Of a DNA stretch of 52,217 bases, positions 26,363 through 37,067 are shown in pieces. Location of the stretch: the IMG/VR virus record IMGVR_UViG_3300028400_000009, positions 1-52,217 of that record. One strand, given 5' to 3'. Within the stretch, counting starts at the first letter, position 1; each line of letters begins with the position of its first letter. A program made the position numbers and the translations under genes. This DNA comes from a virus (lineage: Duplodnaviria > Caudoviricetes). The notes under the pieces were generated by a model, which did no database searches, was not told the origin of the DNA, and was given only the letters and a program-made list of their open reading frames with translations.

Positions 26363-29300
26363 TATGCTAACTCCAATCTTTTATTGTCTGGCTTGTTAGC
26401 TGTATCTTTTACTGCCCGCGTGTTTTTCTCTTGAGCATCTTTTAAATCATTACGCTGTTGAGCCTCAAATCTTGCAATTTCACTCCTATTTTCTTTCAGC
26501 TCATTAAGCTCTTGTTTTATTTGTTGATTTTCACTTTTAATTTCCTCCAGTTTTTTCAAGCTGGCTTCTAAAAGTTTATTTGTTTTTTCTTGCTCTTTGT
26601 TTTTACCAATAAATGCAACAGGCTTGCTTTCGCGCTCATGGTTTTTATCCATAAAATACTGTGTGATGACTTTATTTGATGCCGCTGGCAATATCCTTTC
26701 CGCTTGATGCGCTCTGACATCAATAAAGTCCGCGCCTTTTGCAAAGCTTGGAATCGCAGAACCTGAGCCTGATTTGTGCCAGTTTTTATTCTGCTCTTTT
26801 ATGTTGTCGCGTATTTTCCCATCGTACCAGCTAATATCATCTAACCGTATTTGCAATAGAGTCAATACATCAGTATTTGATTGCATTTCTATGCCAAGCA
26901 ATTTAAACCACATCGCCAGATTATTACCATCAATCGGTGACGTATTTGTTTTAATCCCACCCAAATTCGGTTCTAATTTAGTTCTAATGTTCTCTGGTAG
27001 AGAATTGATTACGCCAGTATTTGTTTTAATACCGACAAGATTGGTTAAACGCGGGTCTAATTGCGAACGAATATCAACAGGTAGCGAATTTATATAATCC
27101 CGCATTGTTTGTGTTGCAGCAGTCAATGTTGTGTTGTCAGTCGCGTTTCTAATCGCGGTTAGATTTGCGTTCAAATGATCTCTAATATCAGCGGGCAGTG
27201 CTGAATCAATCGTAATTTGCTGCGCTAGTTTTTGAATAATATTTGCATAGTTTGTTTCATGCGTGTTTTTAAGAGTAGCAAGATGGGGTGTAATAGTTGC
27301 ATTACTTGCTTCTTTCGCAAGTGCTAATTCATCCATTTTAGCCTGTATTTTCGCAGCTAAATCAGCTCTTTGAGCCTCCAAATCTTCTGTGCGTGCTGTT
27401 TCTCTCGCTAATTCAAGTTGTTCGCGTAGTACAGCAAGCTGATCTTCTGCTGCTTGTAAGTTAGCCCTTGCAGTATTTAAAATGTCATCGGATGGCTGAG
27501 GCTGATTCTCAATTGATGCAAGTAAATCTTCAAAACTGCCGCGTGTTAAATTCAATATCTGATCATACTGGTCACTTGAACCGTATGCACTACGCGCTAA
27601 TTGCAAATACTTTTGCATTGCGCTTTGAGTTGCGCCTACATCCCCGCTTGCGAGTGCTGCCTGATACTGCCTCTGGGCTTCCGCGAGCTGCTCTTGCGGT
27701 GTTAAATTAGTGAGATTATTGTCAAGCTTTAATGATTCAAGATATTCACGCCCAGCTTGCGCGGCTTGTTGTTGAGCTTCCCAGTAGCGCATTGCTTCAT
27801 TGTATGCGTTTTGAGCTGCTGTCACGCTGTCACGCGCTTGTTGCACAACTATCTGCTGTGCGTCAATCTGTGCTTGAATAGCATCCTCAGCGGATGTGCC
27901 ACCTCCTGCAATTCTGCGATCTAACTCAGCGAGCTGTGCTTGTAAATCAGCAAGTTCTCTTGTTAAATCAGCAACCTTTTTCAATGCTCTTTGATGTTCT
28001 TCATAGATGCGCTGTTGCTCTCTTGCGAGCTTCTCAGCTTGTCGTGCTTGCTCCCGTGCCGCTTCCTCTGCAGCTCTAATACGCGCCTCTTTTAACCGAT
28101 TTTCTTCTTCAATAACGATTCTCACTGAATCATTAAGTGAGATTAAACGCTCACGCTCTGCGCCTGTTGCGCCGTTTACTAGCGCAATATAAGAGTTTTT
28201 GAGATTATCGACAGACAAACCAAGCGATGCTACAACCGCCCGTGCTTCTTCTAATGAGTGATTAGTGCCCAGGAAGTAACTTTCATAATTCTGCGTAGCT
28301 TCTGCCAGTTTTCGTGCCGCATCTTCTTGAGCATCAGCGATAATATCAATCGCTTGAGCATATTGGATCGCGTTATTATAAGCATCAGAGCCAGGGTCAA
28401 GAGATTCAATTAGAGTTCTGAATTTTTCACGGATATTATCCATTCCACCGAGATCAAGATTAGAATTAGCAAGTGTTGCTTGTGCGTCAGCGAGCTTTTG
28501 AGCTGCTTGCTCTGCTGAGCTATAAAATTCTTGATTGAATAATGAGATAGCACTGCTTAAATCAGTTACAGAACCCGCAGTTTCCTCTAATTTTGGGTAT
28601 AAAGTATCAACGGCTTGAGCTACATCAAGCAAAGCGGCATATTGTTTAACACCTGCCTCAGTTGTTAAATCAATGCTATCAATAATCGTTCTGAAAGTAT
28701 CACGGCTTGTAATATCTAGCCCACTGAATTGTTCGTTATACGCAGCTATCGCGTTTGAAGCGTTCTCCCGCGTTTTTATGTCTCGTTCTGCTTGCGTGAA
28801 AAAGTTCTGGTAAACAAACTCAGCTTTAGAGCCAAATTCATTCAACCCACCTGCCAATTCTATTAGTTGATTAGAAAGCTCTAGCCCTTTCAGCGATGCT
28901 GTAGATGAGCTAATACCCATGTTATCAGCCATTGTTGTAACAGCCGCGAAATTACCAGCACTTCTGATTAGTGCCTGACTAACGCTCTCGCCTTCTTGTT
29001 TAAGCTTTTCGCCCCACTTATAGACAATCACTAGTCGGGCATCCTGCGCCTGCCTTTCTGCTTCCGCAAGCGCATCTTCGGGGAACTGTTCAACCCAGGC
29101 ACTCAAGAAATCGTTATTTTTAAACTCAGTAAGAATAGTTTGAGCTGATTTGCCTATTTCCGCGCCCATTTCATCAAAAATCGGTAAAACAGTCTCTTTA
29201 ATATCAACAATATCGCTCAATGCTTGTAGTTGATGCTCATAGTCACCCGTACTTTTTATTACATTCTGAATAGCAGGTGATAACTGCTCAAGTTGTATCC

Positions 29301-32300
29301 TCAAACGCTCAAGCAAAAATGATTTTATGTCTTTGCTGTTATTACCATATTTAAGCCCTTGGTTGGATAGACGTGTTTTTGCGCCCTCTATTTGTTCTGA
29401 TGTCATTAATTTTGCAATTTTGCCATCGGCAATTTCAGCAACACGCATCATTTTCTCAGTTGCATCTTTTGCAGCATCAGAGAGTTTATAGAATCGTTTT
29501 GAAGCTCTATCTAAACCGAATCGCCCAAATACGCTTTTGCCTTCGTAGTTCCTGCCGTCATTCCAATTCTCAGCCGTTTGTCCTTTCTCGAACGACTGAT
29601 TAAACCTGATTTTTGGATTGTGACTGAATAGATTGCCGATTAACCCACCGACAACAGAGCCGATAGTGCTACCGATTCCAGGCATGAAAGAACCAAGTGC
29701 CGCACCAATTCCAGCCCCCATTTGCCCAGCCGGATTCGCGCCTAATGCGCTCGCCAGACCAGAACCTATTTGATAGGAATTTATTGCGCCGCCGATACCT
29801 TTGCCAGTGCCTTTGAATAATCCACCCACTGAATCTCTAACGGTCTTGATTAAATCACCAAAACCGCCGCCTTTGCTAAATACGGATTGAATTGATTTTT
29901 GTATATCACCAGCCGCTTTATTTATTTTGAGATTAACATCAAGCGTCAATGGTTTTAACAGCGCATCACGCAGATTATTCCATTTTAATTCACCTGTATT
30001 GAATACATCAGCTATAGCATTTTTAACCGTATCCCATGCGGCAATCTCTTGATCTGTGTACCTAAGTTGCTGTTCTTTTTGCTGAATTATTTTAGCTTGT
30101 TCTGCACCGTACTGTTTTGACAACTCAAGCAATCGTGCCGCTTCATCGCCTTGCTCTAATCTAACTGTTTGGATTTGTAAATTATCGTTAATCTCTGCTA
30201 TCTTCTTTAAACCGGCTATACGCTTGTCATCAGCTATTTTTGCTTCTGCCTGTTTTTTTGTGTAATGATCTAGCTGTAAATTTACACTAGCGATTGAGTC
30301 ACTATTGAGCTTATTCAGTCCAGTTAGAGCCGTTATTTGCTTTGTGCGCTTTGTAGCTTCATCATAAATTGACTTTGCAATTCTCACCGCCTCACGCTTT
30401 GTTTCTACGGCTTTTTTACGCAGAAACTCACGCTTTGACTCTAATAGTGTCAATCCTTTGATTATTGGGAAACCGCGCTTTTCTTCTGCTATTTCATCAG
30501 CAATGGTTTTTAACGCTTTTTTACGAGTTTCAATAAGCTCTTTTTGTGCTTTTGATGTTATCTTGTAAGACTTGGATGAATCCATCAGAGTTGATGATAG
30601 CTTTTTATTTAAGCTGCTTAATGCGAATACTGGGGCTTTTTGGTTGGCGTTAATGCCAACCGCAATGCCTTCAGGTATCCATTTTGCAAGATCAGCCATA
30701 AGCCTTGATGGGGATTTTATGCCAAAGAAACCTTTAACAGATGAAAACACGCTCTTTGACATGCTTTTTGCAGCTTGCTTCGCTCTCGCTGCACCCGCCG
30801 AAATACCTTTGCCAATACCTTCTGATATATTCCTGCCAAGGCTTTTCGCTTTATTGATAATTCCAGAAAAGTCAGGCATCTCAATTTTAGGGATTAATAC
30901 TTTCAGCGAGAGATTGTCCCACCATGCTTTAAACTTCTTTGCCAGTTCCCATGCAAGTTTTAACGGCTTTGGAATCAACGTCAAAACCTTTTCTGATAAT
31001 TTCAGGGTATTCCACCACGCAAACGCATCTTTAGCCAGATTCCAGCCTATTTGCAAAGGCGCAGTTACCAAACCAAGCACTTTTTCAGCAAGTGTAGAGC
31101 TATTCCACCAACTCATGAACTGTCTAGCTTTTTCCTCAGCGTACTCAACACCAGCAGGGCTAACACTAACCGCCCATTCTCTTAATGATGATTGATTCCA
31201 CCAACCAGCGAACTCGGTAGCCACCATTTTCGCGCCGAGAATAGCAGTATCATTGATGCTAATTATTTTCTCTGCAAACGTGGTGTTATTCCACCAGCTA
31301 ACTAATTTATCCCAATTCTTATAGATCAGAGTAGCACCAACAGCAATAGCCGCGATTATTGCCCCAATGGGATTGGCGATAATTACAGCTGTTAATGCTG
31401 AAAAAGCGGTAGTGACAATCGGAATTGCAGAACCTAAGCCAAGCAGAGTAGGTCCTAACGCCGCCAATCCACCTGCAAGAATAGCAATGTATTTAGTAAG
31501 CTCAGGATTAACCCGCATCCATTCACCAAACGATTGAATAATAGGCTTAACGCTATCAAGCAAATCTTTGAGCGTATCAAGCATATTGACATCAACCAGG
31601 TTCTTTAATGATTCCCTTACCTGTCCTAGTTTGCTGTCAAATGTTGCTTGCTGTCGGGTGAGTTCTTGTTGCCATTTTGTAGCAACTAACGCCTTATCAC
31701 CTGTTTTTTCTAGTAATTCTCCGTATTTATCAAGATTACCAAGTAGGGCAGCTATACCAGCAGAATTTTCACGTCCGAATATTTGAGTCAAGCTTCCAAC
31801 TGTATCACCTGATTTATCAACAGCTTTTTTAAATTCTTCAAGTGCCGCTGGAGCATCTTCCCTGAATTTCTTGATTAAAGCATCAGGAGCAAGCCCTAAA
31901 TCTTCTATTGCTTGTGTGGCTTTTGGAGTTAGATTCTTCAGGCTTGAAAATTGAGTAAGTAATGCGCGAATAGACGTGGATGCGATTTCAGGTGCTTTGC
32001 CCGTGTCAATCAAAGTTGCCGCTAATGCTGCTACCTGTATTTCAGATAAGCCAGCTTCTTTTGCTAGTCCCGCTACTCTTGAAGTAGTATTAAATATCTC
32101 AGCGCCTGTAGACTTTGAAGAATCAGCTAACACATTAACCTGTTGAGTAAGCTCTTTCAGTGCTTCCATATTATTTCTAATACCGAAACCTGCGCCAATA
32201 CCAAGCAATGTCTGCGCTAGTTCACCCGCTTGCATATCAAGAGCTACCGCGCCCTCAGTACCCAACCGCATAAAGTCAGACCAGTTTTTGAACTCGACAC

Positions 32301-32802
32301 CAGCTTTGCCCGCTTCTGCTGTTAATTCAGCTAATGATTCACGGGTTTTCCCTGATTTTTCAGCCAGGTCTTTTATATCAGTTAGAACGGCTTTATAAGC
32401 ATTTTCACCAACGCCATCAGGTAATTGTTTGGCAATATCAACAGTGGCATTTTCCCATTGTCGCGCAACTAAGGTGACAGCAGTTCCAGAGGCTAAAATA
32501 GGGGTAGTGAATTTTGCTGTGAGACTAGCACCGATACCGCGTAGCTTATCACCAACGCCATTAAGAGTGCCTTTTAAAGATGTGAAAGTCTGAGATAGTT
32601 TTTTTGTCTTTGTATCAAGACGGTCAACATCGCCGCCCATCGAGCTTAATCCACCCGAAGCGGTTTTGCTAGTTGAGCCGATTCTACTTAATTTCTTCTC
32701 TGTAGAATCGGCTGTTTCACCCAGCTTTTTAAGTTTTCTATCAGCAGCATCAAGCCCTGCTGATTCAACTTTATAACCAATCGTCGCAAGATCAAGTCCC
32801 AT
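26362..32802 (-). CDS. tail tape measure protein (TP901-like core)
   Basis: 2146 aa, Ala-rich helical protein, IFGRE motif, ANPIG and FGIKSPSR motifs, Trp-periodic repeats. Confidence 0.95.
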   Translation of the reverse strand: MGLDLATIGYKVESAGLDAADRKLKKLGETADSTEKKLSRIGSTSKTASGGLSSMGGDVDRLDTKTKKLSQTFTSLKGTLNGVGDKLRGIGASLTAKFTTPILASGTAVTLVARQWENATVDIAKQLPDGVGENAYKAVLTDIKDLAEKSGKTRESLAELTAEAGKAGVEFKNWSDFMRLGTEGAVALDMQAGELAQTLLGIGAGFGIRNNMEALKELTQQVNVLADSSKSTGAEIFNTTSRVAGLAKEAGLSEIQVAALAATLIDTGKAPEIASTSIRALLTQFSSLKNLTPKATQAIEDLGLAPDALIKKFREDAPAALEEFKKAVDKSGDTVGSLTQIFGRENSAGIAALLGNLDKYGELLEKTGDKALVATKWQQELTRQQATFDSKLGQVRESLKNLVDVNMLDTLKDLLDSVKPIIQSFGEWMRVNPELTKYIAILAGGLAALGPTLLGLGSAIPIVTTAFSALTAVIIANPIGAIIAAIAVGATLIYKNWDKLVSWWNNTTFAEKIISINDTAILGAKMVATEFAGWWNQSSLREWAVSVSPAGVEYAEEKARQFMSWWNSSTLAEKVLGLVTAPLQIGWNLAKDAFAWWNTLKLSEKVLTLIPKPLKLAWELAKKFKAWWDNLSLKVLIPKIEMPDFSGIINKAKSLGRNISEGIGKGISAGAARAKQAAKSMSKSVFSSVKGFFGIKSPSRLMADLAKWIPEGIAVGINANQKAPVFALSSLNKKLSSTLMDSSKSYKITSKAQKELIETRKKALKTIADEIAEEKRGFPIIKGLTLLESKREFLRKKAVETKREAVRIAKSIYDEATKRTKQITALTGLNKLNSDSIASVNLQLDHYTKKQAEAKIADDKRIAGLKKIAEINDNLQIQTVRLEQGDEAARLLELSKQYGAEQAKIIQQKEQQLRYTDQEIAAWDTVKNAIADVFNTGELKWNNLRDALLKPLTLDVNLKINKAAGDIQKSIQSVFSKGGGFGDLIKTVRDSVGGLFKGTGKGIGGAINSYQIGSGLASALGANPAGQMGAGIGAALGSFMPGIGSTIGSVVGGLIGNLFSHNPKIRFNQSFEKGQTAENWNDGRNYEGKSVFGRFGLDRASKRFYKLSDAAKDATEKMMRVAEIADGKIAKLMTSEQIEGAKTRLSNQGLKYGNNSKDIKSFLLERLRIQLEQLSPAIQNVIKSTGDYEHQLQALSDIVDIKETVLPIFDEMGAEIGKSAQTILTEFKNNDFLSAWVEQFPEDALAEAERQAQDARLVIVYKWGEKLKQEGESVSQALIRSAGNFAAVTTMADNMGISSSTASLKGLELSNQLIELAGGLNEFGSKAEFVYQNFFTQAERDIKTRENASNAIAAYNEQFSGLDITSRDTFRTIIDSIDLTTEAGVKQYAALLDVAQAVDTLYPKLEETAGSVTDLSSAISLFNQEFYSSAEQAAQKLADAQATLANSNLDLGGMDNIREKFRTLIESLDPGSDAYNNAIQYAQAIDIIADAQEDAARKLAEATQNYESYFLGTNHSLEEARAVVASLGLSVDNLKNSYIALVNGATGAERERLISLNDSVRIVIEEENRLKEARIRAAEEAAREQARQAEKLAREQQRIYEEHQRALKKVADLTRELADLQAQLAELDRRIAGGGTSAEDAIQAQIDAQQIVVQQARDSVTAAQNAYNEAMRYWEAQQQAAQAGREYLESLKLDNNLTNLTPQEQLAEAQRQYQAALASGDVGATQSAMQKYLQLARSAYGSSDQYDQILNLTRGSFEDLLASIENQPQPSDDILNTARANLQAAEDQLAVLREQLELARETARTEDLEAQRADLAAKIQAKMDELALAKEASNATITPHLATLKNTHETNYANIIQKLAQQITIDSALPADIRDHLNANLTAIRNATDNTTLTAATQTMRDYINSLPVDIRSQLDPRLTNLVGIKTNTGVINSLPENIRTKLEPNLGGIKTNTSPIDGNNLAMWFKLLGIEMQSNTDVLTLLQIRLDDISWYDGKIRDNIKEQNKNWHKSGSGSAIPSFAKGADFIDVRAHQAERILPAASNKVITQYFMDKNHERESKPVAFIGKNKEQEKTNKLLEASLKKLEEIKSENQQIKQELNELKENRSEIARFEAQQRNDLKDAQEKNTRAVKDTANKPDNKRLELA

Positions 32803-33157
32803 TATCTTTCTACCGCAAATGACATGAATTGATCTTCAACCGATTGAACGACTTTATCATCATGCAATGGGTCTGGCTTATCGCCACCAAAACGATTTAT
32901 ATCACTTAAATACTGCTCTGATAGCTCTTTTAACAATGTAACTTCCTCTCTATCAAAATTAGCACCCGTGATATTTATATAGCTTTCAATATCAGGGTAA
33001 GTGAACGGTTTATCGTATGACGTCATTCCCATCGCAATTAATTGATTAATCAACCATTGGGAATACTGCCATATTTCAGGCAGGTCATTTTTTAGCTTTC
33101 TTGCTCCGTTGTATGCGTAGTGCTTAATCCACTCTCTGCACTGTTCGCGGGTTTCGT
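32802..33157 (-). CDS. tail assembly chaperone, frameshifted (GT) C-terminal part
   Basis: The -1 frame after the slippery site is open (YETREQCREW...WLINQLIAMG) down to 32802. Confidence 0.75.
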
Positions 33158-33568
33158 AAAATTTACACCGCCCCAGTTTTTATCGTCGTCTAGCCAATCG
33201 CGCCACTGTTTATAATATGGCGCGTATGCTGGATTCTTGAAGAAATTATACAATTCTGATTCATTAGCATGTAAATCATCCAGTCCTTCAACTTTAGTGA
33301 CCATCTTTGAGTAGAGTCTTAATTGACGCTCTTCTGCAAGCTTGGTTTCTTCACGATCAATATTGATTATTTGATTACCAGAATCCTTTTCAATTTCGAT
33401 CTTTTGCATCTTTTTTGCTTTGAATTTATCAAGTTTGTCTGCACAATCTTTCCATTCTTGAGAATAGGGCACATAACCAGTAAAGCTAAACCCTAGCTTT
33501 TCATTAGTTGCAGGGTCTCTAAATTCATAAGTTGTCAACTTTGGTACTGCTAAATTGTTTAATTTCAT
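33092..33568 (-). CDS. tail assembly chaperone (G)
   Basis: Between tail tube and tape measure genes; AAGGA RBS. Confidence 0.8.
   Translation of the reverse strand: MKLNNLAVPKLTTYEFRDPATNEKLGFSFTGYVPYSQEWKDCADKLDKFKAKKMQKIEIEKDSGNQIINIDREETKLAEERQLRLYSKMVTKVEGLDDLHANESELYNFFKNPAYAPYYKQWRDWLDDDKNWGGVNFTKPANSAESGLSTTHTTEQES
33158..33164 (-). other. -1 ribosomal frameshift slippery heptamer A AAT TTT
   Basis: X XXY YYZ in the frame of G; joins to the downstream ORF. Confidence 0.75.
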
Positions 33569-33660
33569 TATTTTGTCCTTTGTAAAATTTAATGGGCGCA
33601 CCTTAAAAAAAGTACACCACTTCCTCTTTAACTAGAGGCGACAGCCAAGGACGCTATGGA

Positions 33661-34134
33661 TTAAGCGGCTTTCTTAACGTAATCGTCCATTTGCGGCCAT
33701 ATTTCAACAGAACGCTTATCTTTATCATCAGCTGAACCGCCGTCTGAGATAGTAAATTTTGCCACTTCGCCCTGACCGAATACTTGGTTGCCATTAGGGA
33801 AGGTTAAACGATACGATACGATGCCACCGTTAGGTTTTTCAGCATTTTCAAGGATAGTCTGAGCTGCATTACCCCAATCACTTTCCATTGTGAATGTAAT
33901 CGCGTCCCACTTAGAAGAGCCTTTGCTATCTGAATTAGTCGCTTTACAAACTAAATTACTTGATACAGCGTTATAGGTTCTGCCTATAGTTGGGGAGTTT
34001 TCTAGGGTACAGTCATCTTCTGTCCATGTCAGGGCTTCATATTCTGCCAAGGTAGCACCAGACAAACCGCTTGCTGGTTGTGATGCCGTGAATGCTATTT
34101 TAGTCCCTGCTAAGGTTTGTGTTCCAGTTGCCAT
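33661..34134 (-). CDS. major tail tube protein
   Basis: Size, position and YEALTW...KGS...YRLTFPNG pattern. Confidence 0.8.
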   Translation of the reverse strand: MATGTQTLAGTKIAFTASQPASGLSGATLAEYEALTWTEDDCTLENSPTIGRTYNAVSSNLVCKATNSDSKGSSKWDAITFTMESDWGNAAQTILENAEKPNGGIVSYRLTFPNGNQVFGQGEVAKFTISDGGSADDKDKRSVEIWPQMDDYVKKAA

Positions 34135-34149
34135 AATTCTTGACTCCGT

Positions 34150-34317
34150 TTATTTAATTTTCCAGCCATCGGCAACATAGCCTTCGACTTCGACTTCAAA
34201 AGGTGAGACTTCTACTGTCTTCCCTTTAATTTTTTTGATGAGCGTTATCCTGGAGGCGTCTTCTTTTACTTCAACGCCTTTGGGTTTAGTTTCGCCTTCT
34301 GCTTTTTCTTTCGTCAT
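34150..34317 (-). CDS. small hypothetical virion-region protein
   Basis: RBS before MTKEK. Confidence 0.55.
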   Translation of the reverse strand: MTKEKAEGETKPKGVEVKEDASRITLIKKIKGKTVEVSPFEVEVEGYVADGWKIK

Positions 34318-34319
34318 AA

Positions 34320-34703
34320 TTAACAATCCTTTACTTTGTAGCTGATTGATACAGGCGTGTACCACCATGTATCTCTATTATCAACGTAACGCTGGATATG
34401 AGGTCTTTTTACAATCTCAATTCCACCGAATTTCAGAAACTTAGGGAACAAATCAGCTACTTTCTGAGCTTCTACTTGCCCCCAATATTCACCTTTCGTT
34501 CCTTTGTAATTAATCAATACAGTAATCAAACCATATAGTTCATCACCACCAGTTAATTTTCCTACAGGTGTATTAGGCGCGACAAAATAGGTTATATATT
34601 CATCTGCTGAAAACTTGTAATCCCGTGGATGCTTAACAGGCAATAATCCAACAGAATTAATAAACCTATCACCAACAGCCGCAAGTATTTCATGCTGATA
34701 CAA
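34320..34703 (-). CDS. tail terminator-like protein
   Basis: Position; WWYTPVSISY C-terminus. Confidence 0.7.
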   Translation of the reverse strand: MYQHEILAAVGDRFINSVGLLPVKHPRDYKFSADEYITYFVAPNTPVGKLTGGDELYGLITVLINYKGTKGEYWGQVEAQKVADLFPKFLKFGGIEIVKRPHIQRYVDNRDTWWYTPVSISYKVKDC

Positions 34704-35091
34704 CTCTCACCGCCTCGTTTACTGTGTTCTGCCAGGCATTTACAGCCAATCCAAACGGTCTATAACCTAATTTGTATTCAACAATTTTATTGTGATGAAC
34801 TGAATCAGTAACATAAGTATCATTGCCCAGTTTGATGCGCTTAGAGTTCTTTTTGGCTCTGAGTTTCGCATCTTCAAGTTTTTGTATTTCTACTGAGATA
34901 CTTACTTTTTCATCGCCATAAACTTTAAATGACTTATTAATACTGTTAGGACTCAAATTAATAGAATCCATAAATGCACCAGTCCAAACAGGGGAGGCGT
35001 CCGCTACAACCTCAACACTTAACGCAGGCGCAACCTGAGCCAATTTTCTCAATCTTGCACGGTGCTTTTTGATTATGTCTGAGTGCTTCAC
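34690..35091 (-). CDS. HK97 gp10-like neck/tail completion protein
   Basis: SPVWTGAF motif. Confidence 0.7.
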   Translation of the reverse strand: MKHSDIIKKHRARLRKLAQVAPALSVEVVADASPVWTGAFMDSINLSPNSINKSFKVYGDEKVSISVEIQKLEDAKLRAKKNSKRIKLGNDTYVTDSVHHNKIVEYKLGYRPFGLAVNAWQNTVNEAVRVVSA

Positions 35092-35438
35092 TTTCTCACC
35101 TGTATTTCATATAAAATGGTTGTTATTCCGTCGAAATTTAACGGCTTAACTTTTACTATCTTATAATCAGTGTCCATGTGCGTTACGTTTTCAAGTTCAA
35201 CTTCATTAGTAACCAGATAAAACAAATCATCTTTTTTTACGTCACTACTAAAGTTTTCATCAAAATCCAGCGTTAAAACGTGCGCTTTCCCAACTTCTGT
35301 AAACGCTTGAGAATCAAGATAAGGTTTAAGCGGGTCGCCAAGGTTGCCAAAGCTTGCTTGTCTCCCTGCTTCTTTTATATCTTCTACTGTTTCAAGCGCA
35401 TCTTGAATGTAACTCGCGCTTTCTGCGCTACTAGCCAT
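35088..35438 (-). CDS. head closure protein
   Basis: Position; YKIVKVKPL...ILYEIQVRK. Confidence 0.65.
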   Translation of the reverse strand: MASSAESASYIQDALETVEDIKEAGRQASFGNLGDPLKPYLDSQAFTEVGKAHVLTLDFDENFSSDVKKDDLFYLVTNEVELENVTHMDTDYKIVKVKPLNFDGITTILYEIQVRK

Positions 35439-35839
35439 TACCTAATGAGTTCTATAATTGAATTGTTACTGCCGCACAAATAATCTTTTAAAAGTTCATA
35501 AACAACGCCTAGTCGTTTGATCTTTGATATTGAATCAGAACCAGATAATGATTTATCTACATCCCATTCTTTAACAATAGCCCCGCGCCCTAATCCTTTT
35601 TTAGTGAGCATTTTTTCTTCTGCAACACCAAAAGGATTAAATCCGCCTCCCTCTGCACTCATTGAATAGGCAATATAATTATGCGCTTGTACTATGATTT
35701 CATCGGGAACTGGCTTGCACAGCTTTACAGTAGACAGAAAACTAAACGATCTTTTCAATAAAACGTCTTTGTTCTCTGCTACTGTATAACCAAAGTCAGT
35801 TAGAAATTGGTCAAACTGTGCAAGTGTGGAAGGAGTCAC
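35438..35839 (-). CDS. head-tail adaptor protein
   Basis: Position after capsid gene. Confidence 0.65.
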   Translation of the reverse strand: MTPSTLAQFDQFLTDFGYTVAENKDVLLKRSFSFLSTVKLCKPVPDEIIVQAHNYIAYSMSAEGGGFNPFGVAEEKMLTKKGLGRGAIVKEWDVDKSLSGSDSISKIKRLGVVYELLKDYLCGSNNSIIELIR

Positions 35840-36057
35840 TTTTTAGGCTTTGCTTTTTTAGTCTTATCAGCTATCACTTCAATGCCTGCATCTTCAAGAG
35901 CTTTCACAATATCAGGATAATCGCCATGAACTTCTGCAACTGTTATATCAGATGAAACGCCCTGGAAAGCATCCGCATTCTCGACGCGGCAACCAGCAAA
36001 TTTATTTCTAAATTCAGGTGTTATTTCTAAATCACTAGGGATATAAATAGCTTTCAT
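35836..36057 (-). CDS. small head-region protein
   Basis: ORF between capsid and adaptor genes. Confidence 0.6.
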   Translation of the reverse strand: MKAIYIPSDLEITPEFRNKFAGCRVENADAFQGVSSDITVAEVHGDYPDIVKALEDAGIEVIADKTKKAKPKK

Positions 36058-36060
36058 GGT

Positions 36061-36993
36061 TTACGCTCCAAATTCAGTCATAGTTCCAAGCAAATTAGTA
36101 TTACTGCCTGTAGTTGACCAGTTCGCTGGAGTAGTAAGCAATGCTCTTGTTACATTTCCACCTGTGCCAACATAAGGAGTATTTCTAAGCTTCAAGTTAA
36201 ACCCGCCATCAAGCGACCATGTTTGATAATGATTTTCTGTGTCGTCATGGTTATTGATAACGATACTTGGTGCGCTTGAATTAAGCTTGATTTCAATAGC
36301 GTTTTCAAACAAAGCAAGTAATCTTTGTTTAGTCCCATTCATAAGGTCAGGTAATGCAGACGACATGAAAGGGATATTCAAAGTTCCTGCACTCGCGCCA
36401 TAGACAACACCAGCCTCACCGTATCGGTTTTGCTCGATAGCTTCGCTTAGTACATCAAAACCAAGTCCTGTAGCGGCCAACCAACCTACAACATTAGGTG
36501 CTTGATCTTGCAGAGGTCTTAACGCCTCAACAAAGTCTTTCTTTGTGAATGCTGCTGTCTGAGCTATTTTATTTGTAGCTACTGCGCCGATTGCTGTTGC
36601 CGCTGCTGCAATAGATATACCTAGAATATGCTTCATTTCATTCTGTGCAACATTACGTCCCATTGCATTTGAATAAGCCATGTTATCAAATCCAGAACGC
36701 GATAGATCAGACTGTGGAATGATTTGACGCTTTGTGTTGTAGGATACTTTTACACCTACATTTTCAGCTAGTCCGAGGCGCTCTTCATTACGTGCTGCTG
36801 TGCCAGAAGGGTCGCGGTTTTGGAATGTAACATCACCAGTAAAGATAGTTTCTTTTTCAAAATCACCTTTTACGGCTTCCGATGTTACTTTAATTGCTCT
36901 AAATCCAGCTTGCGAGGTTATAGCAAGATTTTCTTGTACGCCCTCTAAATATCCAGATTCATATTCATCATTGTGTAAGACAAAATTTGCCAT
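36061..36993 (-). CDS. major capsid protein
   Basis: 310 aa after scaffold; GTLNIP and TPANW motifs. Confidence 0.85.
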   Translation of the reverse strand: MANFVLHNDEYESGYLEGVQENLAITSQAGFRAIKVTSEAVKGDFEKETIFTGDVTFQNRDPSGTAARNEERLGLAENVGVKVSYNTKRQIIPQSDLSRSGFDNMAYSNAMGRNVAQNEMKHILGISIAAAATAIGAVATNKIAQTAAFTKKDFVEALRPLQDQAPNVVGWLAATGLGFDVLSEAIEQNRYGEAGVVYGASAGTLNIPFMSSALPDLMNGTKQRLLALFENAIEIKLNSSAPSIVINNHDDTENHYQTWSLDGGFNLKLRNTPYVGTGGNVTRALLTTPANWSTTGSNTNLLGTMTEFGA

Positions 36994-37067
36994 TATAATT
37001 TACCTATGTAATTTTTTAATTCTAGGTAAAGTGCTTATTACCAAACTTTCGAACTGCTTAATTGCTT

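Noticed and set aside
26774-31786. Several plus-strand ORFs within the tape measure gene, including the 207-aa one
   Set aside because: Antisense shadows of an Ala-rich coding strand
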